From a bacterium (GTDB lineage Bacteria; SAR324; XYD2-FULL-50-16), in assembly GCA_032250835.1 (NCBI GenBank), contig JAVVEA010000008.1:1-64000 (forward strand): 64,000 nucleotides of DNA, read 5' to 3'. This document shows positions 18,003 to 28,203 of the stretch, piece after piece (position 1 is the first letter of the stretch; every line of letters starts with the position of its first letter). The notes beneath the pieces are model-generated. The model was given only the letters and a program-made list of their open reading frames with translations. It was not told where the DNA came from and searched no databases. The translations under genes were made by a program, and so were the position numbers.

Positions 18003-19394
18003 GTGAATCAACCAAAAAGCAGAGACCCCTTGGCTAAGAACAAAACCGCCTATGTCTGCCAGAGTTGTGGCGCTAAACAATTGCAGTGGAGTGGGCGCTG
18101 TGCCGGATGCGGCGAGTGGAACACTTTAGTCGAAGAGGGGCAAAGCCCCGTTGGACTGAAAGCCAGCGGATGGGTGCCCCAACGCACCGAGGTCCGAAAA
18201 TTAGGTGAGGTGGAGCAAGTTAACGAAGGCAAACGTTGGGTGACCGGCGTGGGGGAGTTTGACCGGGTCGTGGGGGGAGGCGTCTTGCCGGGAAGTTTTG
18301 GCTTGCTCGGCGGAAATCCCGGCGTCGGCAAGTCTACCCTGATCCTGCAACTGATGGCGCGGATTGCCAAATTAGGCAAAAAGACGTTGTATATTTCCGG
18401 CGAAGAATCCTTGGGCCAGATCAAGGAGCGGGCGGACCGCCTGGTGGTCGATCAGGGCCGGATCATGGTGCTGATCGAAAGCAGTTTAGAGGCGATCATC
18501 GACCACCTAGAGGCCCAAAACCCGGATTTTGTGGTGCTCGACTCGATCCAAACCCTCTATTCGGGCCAGTTCCAGGCGAGTCCTGGTTCGATCACCCAGG
18601 TCCGCGAAGGTGCAGCCATGCTGATGCGCTACGCCAAGGCCAAAAACGCCGCCTTGATGTTGATTGGCCACGTCACCAAAGAAGGAAGCATTGCCGGGCC
18701 GCGTACCTTGGAGCATATGGTGGATTATGTGCTCTACCTAGAGGGCGAAAAAAATGAACCCACAAGGATTCTGCGGCCCGTAAAAAACCGGTTCGGCAAC
18801 ATCTCCGAACTGGGGCTTTTTAAGATGACGCCTAAGGGATTAGCTGAATTGAGCAACCCTAACCAGCTCTTCTTGGAGCATTTTAACTGGACCCATCCGG
18901 GCATGGGCGTCTTCGCCATGAGCGAAGGGAGCCGCTGCCTGTTCTTAGAGGTACAGGTATTAGTGGGCGATACGGAACAACGCCAACCGGCCCGCATGGC
19001 GGTTGGGGCGGACCGGACCCGGTTGCAGGTTTTGGTGGCGGTGTTGGAAAAAAGCCTGGGTATGGATTTTTCCCGCAACGACATTTACCTGAACTTGGCC
19101 GGTGGCTTCAAGGCCAGCGAAACGGCGGTGGATTTGGCGGTCTTGGCTGCGTTGATCAGCTCACACCTGAGGATTCCTCTGCCCGAGCGTTCGGTCTTCG
19201 CTGGTGAGGTGGCCCTGACCGGTGAGTTCCGCCCCGTGCCGGGCCTAGAAGAACGGGTCCAAGAGGCGGCCCGGGCGGGCTTTAAGCAATTTTATCTGCC
19301 CCAAAGGGCGCTAGCGAGGATCGGGGAGGTGAAAGGGATTGAGTTGGTGGGGCTGAAAGACGTAGCTCATTTGATGGAGAAGGTCCGTGAGTGA
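18003..19394 (+). CDS. radA: DNA repair protein RadA/Sms
   Basis: C4 zinc finger, GGNPGVGKST, KNRFG and Lon-like C-terminus. Confidence 0.95.
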   Translation: MNQPKSRDPLAKNKTAYVCQSCGAKQLQWSGRCAGCGEWNTLVEEGQSPVGLKASGWVPQRTEVRKLGEVEQVNEGKRWVTGVGEFDRVVGGGVLPGSFGLLGGNPGVGKSTLILQLMARIAKLGKKTLYISGEESLGQIKERADRLVVDQGRIMVLIESSLEAIIDHLEAQNPDFVVLDSIQTLYSGQFQASPGSITQVREGAAMLMRYAKAKNAALMLIGHVTKEGSIAGPRTLEHMVDYVLYLEGEKNEPTRILRPVKNRFGNISELGLFKMTPKGLAELSNPNQLFLEHFNWTHPGMGVFAMSEGSRCLFLEVQVLVGDTEQRQPARMAVGADRTRLQVLVAVLEKSLGMDFSRNDIYLNLAGGFKASETAVDLAVLAALISSHLRIPLPERSVFAGEVALTGEFRPVPGLEERVQEAARAGFKQFYLPQRALARIGEVKGIELVGLKDVAHLMEKVRE

Positions 19395-19683
19395 GCCCTT
19401 TAAAGTGGACGAAGCGGGGCTTTGGGTGGCGCTGCGGCTCCAACCCCGCGCCTCGAGGCCCGGATTCGGCGGATTGCAGGGCGACCGGGTCCAGCTTAAG
19501 GTGTCCAGCCCGCCGGTGGACGGCGCGGCCAATCAAGCAGCGCGCGAGTTTTTGTCCAAGGCCTTCAAGTGCCCTAAAAGCCAGGTGCATCTTAAGCAGG
19601 GCGAAAAGAGCCGGGAGAAGACCTTTTTGTTGGAGCGATGGGATCAGGACGCGCTAGAGAAGTTTCAAGCGGAGTTGGGATGA
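19387..19683 (+). CDS. DUF167/UPF0235 (YggU-like) protein
   Basis: LQPRASR, PPVDGAAN and GEKSREK motifs. Confidence 0.9.
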   Translation: MSEPFKVDEAGLWVALRLQPRASRPGFGGLQGDRVQLKVSSPPVDGAANQAAREFLSKAFKCPKSQVHLKQGEKSREKTFLLERWDQDALEKFQAELG

Positions 19684-21767
19684 AGATCATTGGGTATTTC
19701 TTATTGGCCTGCCTTTGGCCGCTGTTGGTCCTGGGGGCGGTGCGCGAGGCGAGTCCCGCCGAATCGGCGGATCGGGGTTTTGTGCTCAACCTGATCAAAG
19801 ACGGTGAATCGGACTTTGCTTTAAAAGAAATCGCCGCCTACCGAGTGCGCTACCCCCAAGGGGTGTTCCGCGACGAGATGTGGTACCTAGAGGCCGAGGT
19901 TTTGCGTCGGGCGGGCCGTTTGGATGAGGCGGCCAGAGCTTACGCGGAGATGAACCGCCGCTTCCCTGCAAGCCCCTACCGCGAGGATGCGCTGTTCCAA
20001 AATGCGCGCATCCAACTAGAAAGCCAAAATTTTTCTCAAGCCGAAGCCCTGCTGGTTCTGTTTGAACGCGAGTTTTCGGGCAGTGATAAGCCGGTAATGC
20101 GGCTGTTGGGGCAAGCTCGGCTGGGGGCTAAAGACTTCACCGGGGCGGCGCAGGCGCTACAAAAGGCCTTTGAACAAGAGCCCAAAGACTGGAAACTGCG
20201 CTTGGACCTAGCCTGGGCCCTGGCTTGGTCAGGCCAACAAGAGGCGGCCCACCAGCATTTTGAGGCCCTCTTAAAATCGGCCATCACCAAACTAGAAAAG
20301 GCCAAGATTGTCCACCAATTGGGTGCCGATGCCTACGCCCGCAAGGATTACGCCGCTGCCTATCGGCTTTGGCGCAAGCAGTTAGAGGGCTATCCCGACG
20401 CGGCTTTAGACGCCCAAAGCCGTTTCTGGGCCGCCGAAGCGGTCTTGCTTTGGCCCAAAGCCCCCCAAAAGACGAAATTATGGGCCTTGGCGGCTTATGG
20501 CGAAAATCTTGCCCAGCAAAAGCCGGTGGAGAAAAATCGCAGCCTACGCCACCGGGGCCTGCTGAACGAACGTTTGGGCCGCATTGGAGCCGCCGAAGAT
20601 GACTATGCCCGCCTGCAAAACAGCGACGTCCAGGCTGGCTTAGACAACCAACTGACCCTGCACCGGGCGGCTCTGGCCCAAGAGCGGGGCGACCTAGAGC
20701 TAGCCCGCCGGATTCTGGTCGCCGCACTGGGGCGCGAGCCCGCCGAACCGGGGCCCTTGGAGGCACGGCTGCGGGGGTTGTTGTTTGCCCAAGAGCGCTG
20801 CGAAGAGGCCATTCTACGCAGCGCCGAACGTCCCTTGGTGGGCGAGGGGGCCGAAGAAAGCGCCTTCTGGCTGGGCCGCTGTTACTTACAAGGGCAACGA
20901 TACCGCAACGCTTCGGGCATGTTTGCCTCCTTAGAGCCCCAGGGTGACTGGGCTTTTGCCGCCATCCCCTACTATATAAGCGCTCTGGTGGCCCAAAAGC
21001 GCTGGCATGAAGCTTTACAGTGGGTCGAGCGGGCCTTGGAAGACCGCCGGACCCAAGACCTTTGGACCTACCGCGAAGAAAAACTGTCGTTGCTCTTGGA
21101 GTTGAAACAAAGCGCCCAGGCAGTGGCCTTTGGGGAGCCCTTGGCCACCGAGCCCAACGCGACCGGGCGCTTTTTGTTCCTCTTGGCTCAGGTCTTTGAG
21201 TCGCGCGACGGAGCGCCCACTCGCCAGCGGGCCTTGGAACTCTACAAGCGCGCCCAAAAAAGCTTTACCTCAACAGAAGATCGCCGGGCGAGCCTAGAGC
21301 GCCGTCGGCGCATTTTAAGCCAAGGCCCAGACGCCGCCGCGCTGTTGGCGCTCTACCAAGAAGCCCTACCCCTGGAATCAGACCCAGCCGCGAAGCGGGC
21401 CCTACGCCTCGAGATTGCCCGGTTGCAAAGCTCCTTGGGCCAGTCGGTTAGCGCAGAACTATCGAACCTAGCCCAGGGGCAGGATGACCCAGCCGCTGAG
21501 GCCTGGGCCCTGCTGGCCGAGGAAGAGATTGCGAAAAAGGCTTGGGCCCAAGCGCTTAAGGCCTTGGGCGAAGGGTTGAGCCGAGCCCAAGATCAAGATC
21601 TACGCTGGCGCTTGCTCTACCGTCGGGCCCAAGTGGCCCAAGCTGCCGAGGATTGGCCAGCGGCCTTAGCGGACTACCAGAGCCTTACCAAACAAGCCAA
21701 CCCCTTTAAACGGCAAGCGACCAAGCAGGTCCAGGCGATCACTGCCTACCTCAAAGGAACACCTTGA
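19680..21767 (+). CDS. Exported tetratricopeptide-repeat protein
   Basis: Signal peptide MKIIGYFLLACLW; repeated TPR-like helices (YP.G..., FPASPY...ALF). Confidence 0.8.
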   Translation: MKIIGYFLLACLWPLLVLGAVREASPAESADRGFVLNLIKDGESDFALKEIAAYRVRYPQGVFRDEMWYLEAEVLRRAGRLDEAARAYAEMNRRFPASPYREDALFQNARIQLESQNFSQAEALLVLFEREFSGSDKPVMRLLGQARLGAKDFTGAAQALQKAFEQEPKDWKLRLDLAWALAWSGQQEAAHQHFEALLKSAITKLEKAKIVHQLGADAYARKDYAAAYRLWRKQLEGYPDAALDAQSRFWAAEAVLLWPKAPQKTKLWALAAYGENLAQQKPVEKNRSLRHRGLLNERLGRIGAAEDDYARLQNSDVQAGLDNQLTLHRAALAQERGDLELARRILVAALGREPAEPGPLEARLRGLLFAQERCEEAILRSAERPLVGEGAEESAFWLGRCYLQGQRYRNASGMFASLEPQGDWAFAAIPYYISALVAQKRWHEALQWVERALEDRRTQDLWTYREEKLSLLLELKQSAQAVAFGEPLATEPNATGRFLFLLAQVFESRDGAPTRQRALELYKRAQKSFTSTEDRRASLERRRRILSQGPDAAALLALYQEALPLESDPAAKRALRLEIARLQSSLGQSVSAELSNLAQGQDDPAAEAWALLAEEEIAKKAWAQALKALGEGLSRAQDQDLRWRLLYRRAQVAQAAEDWPAALADYQSLTKQANPFKRQATKQVQAITAYLKGTP

Positions 21768-22315
21768 AAACATTAGACCAACAATTAGAGGACTTGCGCG
21801 AAGCAGTGCTGGCTAGGCACCAAGAATTGATGGCCCGCTCAGAGGCCCAGAGCGACCTGAAAGCCAGCATCGATGCGTTAGAAGAGGTCACCCAAGTGCC
21901 CCGAACAGAGATTGAGGCCCTGGCGGCCCGCATTTTTGGGCGCTGCAATCTGCCGGAGCACAACTCTCCTTTGGAGCAGATGTTGGGCGGTGAGGCCTTT
22001 TTTCCGCCTGAGGTACGCGAAGCGCTACGCCAGTTACCGGCAGCGGATCAAGAAGAATTTTTGGTTTTGTACCGGCTGAACGCCAAAGGCCGGGGTTTGG
22101 CCTTCTTTTTTGCCCTGCTGCCGCCGCCTTTAAGTGCCCACTACCTCTACCTAGGCCGCTGGTGGCTGCAAATCCCCTATAGCCTTACTTTGGGCGGATG
22201 TTTTTTGTGGTGGTTGGTAGACCTCTTTCGGGTCTCTTCGATGACCTATCAAGCGAACCGGCAATTAGCCCGACGCCTGTGGCGGCAACTAGACCGCAAA
22301 GCTCACTCTAAATAG
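21764..22315 (+). CDS. TM2-domain membrane protein
   Basis: AHYLYLGRW...TLGGCFLWWLVDLF TM2 pattern. Confidence 0.75.
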   Translation: MKTLDQQLEDLREAVLARHQELMARSEAQSDLKASIDALEEVTQVPRTEIEALAARIFGRCNLPEHNSPLEQMLGGEAFFPPEVREALRQLPAADQEEFLVLYRLNAKGRGLAFFFALLPPPLSAHYLYLGRWWLQIPYSLTLGGCFLWWLVDLFRVSSMTYQANRQLARRLWRQLDRKAHSK

Positions 22316-23727
22316 CTCAAAAAATCACAGGCTGGCGGTAGGGGGCGGCGGGCGTCGAGGTAGGCAAAGACCGATTCGCGCAGCGGTGCACCGGAGGGCC
22401 CGGCTACTTGATCGTTAAACAGGCGGGGGAAGATACCGCCAGCGCCGCGCAGGTGGTAACCGCTCATGGCGATCAGGTATTTAGGCTCGGTTTGCCCGCT
22501 ATCGGGCCAGAGCCAGTCTAAAGTTAGCTCTAGGGGTTCGGAAAGGTCCAGGTGCACCTGGTGTGAATAGGGCGCTTGCCTGCGCCCCGCAGGCGCTTCG
22601 GGACTTGCTAACAGGGCCAAGTCCCGCTGGCTGAGTAGGACATCTTGGGGGCGGTCGTCGTGCCGGAAGATTTGGTAGAGATCGGCGCGGCTTAAGGGGC
22701 CCGGCTTTAGGGCTTGGCGGAGATAGACTAACGGTAAAGCGGAGCCAAAGCGTCCGGGGCTACGCAACCCAGCGGCGGCGAGGGCTTCAAAACAGCGGGA
22801 CTGTCGGTCCTTACCGCTATATTTTAAATGCACCGGGAGTCTTTGTTGGACCCAGTCTTTAAAGCCTTCGGGTAACTTGGGATCTTTTGTCTCGCGGGCC
22901 CGGAGCCAGCGGGGTTGCCAGCTTCCCGCCTGAAAATCCAGTAACAAGAGCTTTCGTCCCCGGCTGCCTGGCCCCGCCAGGGCGGTTTCCCTTACCTTGC
23001 GCAGTGGTCCGCTGCGCGGGTATTGCCAATGGTCATGACCCGTCAAAATTAAGTCGATCCCCGGCACCGCTGCGGCCAGCGTTTCGGCCCCTACCGCAGG
23101 CTGCTGATCAGCCCAAATTGCTGCTTCGCGGTCTTTTTCATTGCGGGCCCCTTGGTGGTATAACAGGATCAACAGGTCGGGTTTTTCCTGAGCGCGGATG
23201 CGCGGCACCCAAACCTTGGCGGTTTCAAGCGGCGCTTGGAGGGTCATCCCTGTTGGCAGGTCTACCCAAATCCCGCTAGCCGGGTGGACCAACCCCAGCA
23301 CCGCGATCTTCAGCCCCGCTCGTTCAAAGACCCTAAAAGGGGGAACTTGAGGCGCGCCTTCTAAGTTGGCGGCCACCCAGGGCAAAGGGGAAGCGAGGGC
23401 AAGGAGGTCTTCTTCTCCGGGCACGATGGCGTCGAGGCCCAGGCCGCTTAAGCGGGCGGCAAAGGAGCGGTTTTGGCGGCCTAAATATTGGCTGGAAGGA
23501 GAACCATATTGGGCGTCGCCGGTGTCCAGGTAAAGGCTGGGTCCTTGTTGGCGGGCTTCGGTCAGGGCCGATTCGAGGTAGGCGAGGCCGTAAGCGCTCT
23601 GCCTGGGGAAACTGGCCTTTGAGGCGATCCAACCATGTAGGTCGCCGCTAACCAAGAGGCGCAGTTGAGCCTTGGCGGGCGAACTGGCACAAATCAACAA
23701 CCAGAGCAGCAAGGCCGCTCTAGCCAT
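22303..23727 (-). CDS. Exported 5'-nucleotidase/calcineurin-like metallophosphoesterase (divergent)
   Basis: GDLHG, DTGD, IDLILTGHDH; probable start MARAALLLW at 23727. Confidence 0.7.
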   Translation of the reverse strand: MARAALLLWLLICASSPAKAQLRLLVSGDLHGWIASKASFPRQSAYGLAYLESALTEARQQGPSLYLDTGDAQYGSPSSQYLGRQNRSFAARLSGLGLDAIVPGEEDLLALASPLPWVAANLEGAPQVPPFRVFERAGLKIAVLGLVHPASGIWVDLPTGMTLQAPLETAKVWVPRIRAQEKPDLLILLYHQGARNEKDREAAIWADQQPAVGAETLAAAVPGIDLILTGHDHWQYPRSGPLRKVRETALAGPGSRGRKLLLLDFQAGSWQPRWLRARETKDPKLPEGFKDWVQQRLPVHLKYSGKDRQSRCFEALAAAGLRSPGRFGSALPLVYLRQALKPGPLSRADLYQIFRHDDRPQDVLLSQRDLALLASPEAPAGRRQAPYSHQVHLDLSEPLELTLDWLWPDSGQTEPKYLIAMSGYHLRGAGGIFPRLFNDQVAGPSGAPLRESVFAYLDARRPLPPACDFLSYLE

Positions 23728-24943
23728 GGCGGCGCATCCGGCAAAAGTACATCCCATTGCCGCCCGAGTCTTGGGGCAGCACCATATGCTGGCCCGGTTG
23801 CTCGAGCCCACTGATCGGGTCCTTATAAGGCTCGAGCGCGAAGTTTCGGTGCCGGGCCAAGAAGTTGGCCGTGATCGCTTGGTTCTCTTCGGTCAGAATC
23901 GAGCAGGTGCTGTAGACCAACAACCCGCCGGGTTTGGTTTTATGGGCTGCTTGGTTGAGGATATGTTCTTGCTGGTTGTTGAGTTCGCCTAATTTGGCTT
24001 CCTTTAGCTGCCACCGCAACCAGGGGGCCCGGTGCCAAGTGCCTGAGCCGCTACAGGGCACATCGGCCAAGACGCCATCATAGGCTTCGTTGGGCAGGGG
24101 GTCTTGGTCATCACCGATCCAGCAGAATTCAACGGGCCCGTATTGGGCCGCTTCAAAGCGCCGTTGGGCTTCGTCTAACGCCTCTTGGCGCGGATCAGCC
24201 AGGGTCAGGCGACCTTGGCCTTTCATCAGGGAAAAGAGGTGCAGCGACTTGCCGCCCGCGCCGGCACAAAGATCCAGCCAAGACTGGCCCGGTTGGGGCG
24301 CACAGAGGTGTCCCACGGCTTGACTGGAGAGGTCTTGGATCTCAACTTCGCCCCGGTAGGGCTTTAGGTCCATAGGCTTATCTAAGAGGACTGCATCGGG
24401 CAAAAGCGGGTGCCGTTGGTGCTCCAATTGGCCCTTAGCCAGTAGCTCCGTAAAAGGTCCGGCCTTTTGGATCCGCACCCAAAGCCGGGGGCGGGCTTGC
24501 AGGGCTTCTAAGGTGGCCCGGTCGGGGCTAGGCATTAAAGACGGAACCAAGCCATTTAACTTGGCCTTAGCGTTAAAGGGGAGCACCAAAGCCAGCTTTG
24601 CGTCCAGCCCTAAAGGCGCAGCGGTAGCAACGGGCTGGCCCAAACGTTTGGACCAAATCTCCGAGGGGATTTCGCCTTCGAGCTGGTAGGCTAAATATAA
24701 GGCCAGCATAGGGTCTTGGCGGTTGACCGGCAGGAGCCAGCCCCAATACCGATAGAGCCCAAAGAGTGCGGTCGAATAAAACCGGCGGTCCTTTGAGCCC
24801 ATTTGTTTGGCCTTGCGGAAGGCGGCAGACAAGGCTTGATCCACCGGCTTGCCGTCGAGAAAGGCTTGGTGGCAGTCGATATAAAGCCGTAAAAGCCAGT
24901 CGAGCTGCCCAGGGAAAATCGGGTAAGTGCGCATAGGGTCCAA
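23720..24943 (-). CDS. RsmB/NOL1/NOP2/Sun family RNA m5C methyltransferase
   Basis: IQDLSSQ, DLCAGAGGKS, DVPCSGSG and YSTCS motifs. Confidence 0.9.
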   Translation of the reverse strand: MDPMRTYPIFPGQLDWLLRLYIDCHQAFLDGKPVDQALSAAFRKAKQMGSKDRRFYSTALFGLYRYWGWLLPVNRQDPMLALYLAYQLEGEIPSEIWSKRLGQPVATAAPLGLDAKLALVLPFNAKAKLNGLVPSLMPSPDRATLEALQARPRLWVRIQKAGPFTELLAKGQLEHQRHPLLPDAVLLDKPMDLKPYRGEVEIQDLSSQAVGHLCAPQPGQSWLDLCAGAGGKSLHLFSLMKGQGRLTLADPRQEALDEAQRRFEAAQYGPVEFCWIGDDQDPLPNEAYDGVLADVPCSGSGTWHRAPWLRWQLKEAKLGELNNQQEHILNQAAHKTKPGGLLVYSTCSILTEENQAITANFLARHRNFALEPYKDPISGLEQPGQHMVLPQDSGGNGMYFCRMRRHG

Positions 24944-24945
24944 AT

Positions 24946-24982
24946 AAAAAAGGCCACTTCCTTTTGGAAGCGGCCTTTTTTT
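24946..24982. terminator. Intrinsic terminator downstream of hpf
   Basis: aaaaaaggccacttcc-tttt-ggaagcggcctttttt; A- and T-tracts on both sides. Confidence 0.75.
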
Positions 24983-25001
24983 ATTAAATCTTCAGTTCGG
25001 C

Positions 25002-25325
25002 TTATTCTTCTATGATGCCGTCTTCTTTGATTGAATCGCCATCTTTATAGTTTTTCTTCGCCCGGCGTAGTTGTTTTTCTAGCTTGTCTACACAGGCGTC
25101 GATGGCTTTGTACATATTCGCGGGGTCTTCTGCCTCGGAGTTGTACACTGCGCCGTTACCTTTGATGGTGGCGTGGATCTGCTTGCGGTGTTTTTCTACA
25201 CCCAAGTGGACGTCAGCCGACATGCGCTGGTCCGAATATTTTTTGACACGCATGATCCGTTCTTCCACGTGGGCTTTGAGGGCGTCCGTGAGCTCCATGT
25301 GTTTGGCAGAGATCGTAATTTCCAT
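25002..25325 (-). CDS. hpf: Ribosome hibernation factor (HPF/RaiA, short form)
   Basis: MEITISAKHMELTDALKAHV and MYKAIDACVDKLEKQLRR. Confidence 0.9.
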   Translation of the reverse strand: MEITISAKHMELTDALKAHVEERIMRVKKYSDQRMSADVHLGVEKHRKQIHATIKGNGAVYNSEAEDPANMYKAIDACVDKLEKQLRRAKKNYKDGDSIKEDGIIEE

Positions 25326-25452
25326 ACTCCTTCCTCCAATGGGAATGGTTGGGCATGAAAGCCTAAGTTATAAGAGCCCCGGCATTCGAGGCTCGGCTAT
25401 ATTATGACTAAATCAAGCGAATTGTTCCAGCAAAAAGAGGTACTGGCTACCC

Positions 25453-26214
25453 TTAGAAATGATCTTTCTTGCGCCGCAGCGCCATCAGGCGCTCGGTTGG
25501 ACTCAAACGGCCCGAAGGATCAAGCATTTGGATCAACTGGGCTTGATCGGTACGCAAGAAGGGATTGATCTTTAATTCTTGGGCGAGGTTGCCGGGGACG
25601 GTATGCTCGCCACGATTCAACTTGGCTTCTACCGCTTCTTTGGCCAGGGCAACGTCCCGGTTGCCGGGGTCTACATATTCGGCGAAGCGTAGGTTGGCTA
25701 GGCTGTATTCATGCCCAAAGTAGAGCTGAGTGTCTGGGTCGAGCCCGGCGAAAAGGTCCATGGCCTTCTTGAGGTCTTCGGCCTGACCCTCGAAGAGCCG
25801 ACCGCAACCGGCCATAAACAACGCATCACCGGTAAAGCAATGGCGCTCATCAAAGATATAGGCCGCATGGGTGCGGGTGTGCGCGCTGGTGATTAGTACC
25901 TCCACCTCGGTAAAGCCAAAGCGGTAGCGCTCTAGATGCGCCAGACCCACGGCCGGTTGGGTGATGCGGTCTTCACTGAGCGGCTTGACCACCGTGACGC
26001 CTTCAAAGGCTTCGCAAAATTCCTCTAGTCCCGCTACATGGTCAAAGTGGAAGTGGGTCAAAAAGACATGGGTCGGTTTGGCACCGCGAACCAACAGTTC
26101 TTTGATCAAGAGCTGCCCATTGGCTAGGTCGACCACCGCCAAATCCCCGCTTTTGGGCTCACGGACCAAATAGTTGTAGTTGTCTCCGATCAATAGGCTT
26201 TCGACTTCTACCAT
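25453..26214 (-). CDS. gloB: Hydroxyacylglutathione hydrolase (glyoxalase II)
   Basis: DNYNY, THFHFDH, FTGDALFMAGCGR, GHEY, NPFLR and LRRKKDHF; probable start 26214. Confidence 0.9.
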   Translation of the reverse strand: MVEVESLLIGDNYNYLVREPKSGDLAVVDLANGQLLIKELLVRGAKPTHVFLTHFHFDHVAGLEEFCEAFEGVTVVKPLSEDRITQPAVGLAHLERYRFGFTEVEVLITSAHTRTHAAYIFDERHCFTGDALFMAGCGRLFEGQAEDLKKAMDLFAGLDPDTQLYFGHEYSLANLRFAEYVDPGNRDVALAKEAVEAKLNRGEHTVPGNLAQELKINPFLRTDQAQLIQMLDPSGRLSPTERLMALRRKKDHF

Positions 26215-26218
26215 GGGC

Positions 26219-26710
26219 TCATTCCAGTTTGGCCAGTTGGGTTTTTTTGCTCTCATCCAACTCCGCCAGGGCTTGAGCCAAGCTCAGCCCACTGCGCGGG
26301 TCTTGGAGTTTAGGGTCTAATTCCAAAAGAGGCACCAAGAAAAAATCTCGGTTGGTTAGGTCGTAGTGGGGTAAGGTCAACCGGTCTGTTTGCATGACTA
26401 GGTCGCCGTATAAGGCGATGTCTAGGTCTAGGGTCCTTTCGTCCCAGCGCATGGCAGTGCGTACGCGACCTAAGCGAGACTCTAAGTCTAAGAGGTATTC
26501 AAGCAGGTCGAAGGCCGCCAGGTCCGTAAAGAACCCACAGGCGGCGTTGAGGTAGCTGGCCTGTTCAAGCCCGCCGAAGGGGGCGGATTGGTAGAAGTGC
26601 GACGCCGAAAAACCCTGGGGGAACCGCTGGGCTAGGGCCTTCAGGGCCCGCTCTAGGTATTGTTGTTTGGGTTCGATGTTGCTGCCCAGGGCAAGGAAGA
26701 CCTGGGGCAT
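26219..26710 (-). CDS. folK: 2-amino-4-hydroxy-6-hydroxymethyldihydropteridine diphosphokinase
   Basis: LALGSNI, RTLDLDI, LPH and RDFFLVPL. Confidence 0.95.
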   Translation of the reverse strand: MPQVFLALGSNIEPKQQYLERALKALAQRFPQGFSASHFYQSAPFGGLEQASYLNAACGFFTDLAAFDLLEYLLDLESRLGRVRTAMRWDERTLDLDIALYGDLVMQTDRLTLPHYDLTNRDFFLVPLLELDPKLQDPRSGLSLAQALAELDESKKTQLAKLE

Positions 26711-27172
26711 TTAGAACTTAAATTGGTAGTTCGCCAGCAAGACTTCATCTCCGTGCAGCGGACGCGCTAAAACTGGCGCTTGGCCGATGCGCGAACGACC
26801 GGGGTCAAAACTGATGCCTGCCAAAGAGATGTAGACGCCGGTAACCAGACCGGCGAAGGCACCGTAGGTGGCTCCGGTAATGAATTGGGTGGTCATGCGC
26901 GAGAAGGAATAGCGTTCGCCCTTAGAGCGGGAGTCGTCTAATACGTTGAGGGCCGAATAGAGCATGCCACCGGTCATCGAACCCCACAGCACGTTAAAAA
27001 AAACGTTTTGCATTTGAGGTTGACCGTTGGCACCCATCACCATACCCCCGCCAGCAGGTGCCGCCGCGGCTGGCGGAGCTGCCGCCGGGGCCGCTTGTTG
27101 GGCCCAGGCCAGACTGGGGACGATGAGGCTCAAACATAGGGCCAAGGCCAGCAGGCGCTTGATCAAGGACAT
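26711..27172 (-). CDS. Exported hypothetical protein (Ala/Pro linker, Gly-rich helices, C-terminal Phe)
   Basis: Signal peptide MSLIKRLLALALCLSL..AWA; ends YQFKF. Confidence 0.7.
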   Translation of the reverse strand: MSLIKRLLALALCLSLIVPSLAWAQQAAPAAAPPAAAAPAGGGMVMGANGQPQMQNVFFNVLWGSMTGGMLYSALNVLDDSRSKGERYSFSRMTTQFITGATYGAFAGLVTGVYISLAGISFDPGRSRIGQAPVLARPLHGDEVLLANYQFKF

Positions 27173-27228
27173 AGGTTCCTTTTCAAACAGGTAAGGTTGC
27201 CAAGCGGGCCGGGGCTCCAAAAAAGGTC

Positions 27229-27510
27229 TTAGGAGTTTAACTCCTTACGGAAGACCTTTGAGGGGTAAAAAGTTACCACCACGCGCTCGGAAATTTCGTA
27301 GGCGACCTTAGTCTTAGGGTTCCTACCCATCCGGGGGCGTTTGTGGCGGACTTTAAAGTGCCCAAACCCAGAGATCATCACTTCTTCGCCGTTATTCAGC
27401 GAGTTTTTGATGATCCGCAAAATTGATTCTACCAAGGCCTTGGCGTATTTCCGGTCCAAGGTGATCTTGGTCATCACGTCCCGGATGATGTCTTCTTTGA
27501 TCCTCGTCAT
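27229..27510 (-). CDS. Integration host factor / HU family DNA-binding protein (IHF-alpha-like)
   Basis: ISGFGHF and RMGRNPKT motifs. Confidence 0.9.
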   Translation of the reverse strand: MTRIKEDIIRDVMTKITLDRKYAKALVESILRIIKNSLNNGEEVMISGFGHFKVRHKRPRMGRNPKTKVAYEISERVVVTFYPSKVFRKELNS

Positions 27511-27717
27511 GGTGACCTCTAGATGTTTCTGGTTGATTTCCTGTGCCGCACCCGAAAGTCTGAAATCCTTTCACTTTGGATACATCGGCGAGTATAGATA
27601 CATGACCGATGATAGGCAACTGTAAATTTCCCCAACATCTTGACGAAACCATCGAGGTTGCTCAAGGCTTGGCTACCTTTTAAAGGAATGCTAATTTAGT
27701 TCCCAAATGGGAGGGAT

Positions 27718-28200
27718 ATGCGGATTTTTTTTCTAGCGCTTTGTTTTCTTTTGACCCCTTTGGTCCTCCTAGCGCAAGGGATGGACTTCGGCAGGGGCCC
27801 TGTGGGTTTGTTGCCAGAGCCAAAAATCGAGTTATTGGCTACTTTGAGCCAGACTAATGGCCAATGGTTATTGCACCTGGACGGCCGGATTCCGCCGGGG
27901 TTTCATCTGTATTCTATCAAAGCCCAGGGGGATTTAGGCCCCAAACCCACGCAATTGATCTTAGTTGAGCCCAAACTCACGCCCATAGGCCCTTTGGTTG
28001 AGTCTGAGCCTCAGTTGATTGAGGATCTCGCTTTAGATGAACGACTATGGGTGCATCAGGGCGACTTTTTTATTGAGCAGCGTTACCAGAAACCGGTCAA
28101 TGGGGCTTTGCCGGTGAGGGGCTTTCTTTTGTTTCAGGTCTGCGATAATCTGATTTGCTTAAACCCCATCAAACAACCTTTTTCGGCTAGGCTCCCTTAA
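27718..28200 (+). CDS. Exported DsbD N-terminal-domain protein
   Basis: Signal peptide; IPPGFHLYS and QVCDNLIC. Confidence 0.75.
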   Translation: MRIFFLALCFLLTPLVLLAQGMDFGRGPVGLLPEPKIELLATLSQTNGQWLLHLDGRIPPGFHLYSIKAQGDLGPKPTQLILVEPKLTPIGPLVESEPQLIEDLALDERLWVHQGDFFIEQRYQKPVNGALPVRGFLLFQVCDNLICLNPIKQPFSARLP

Positions 28201-28203
28201 ACC

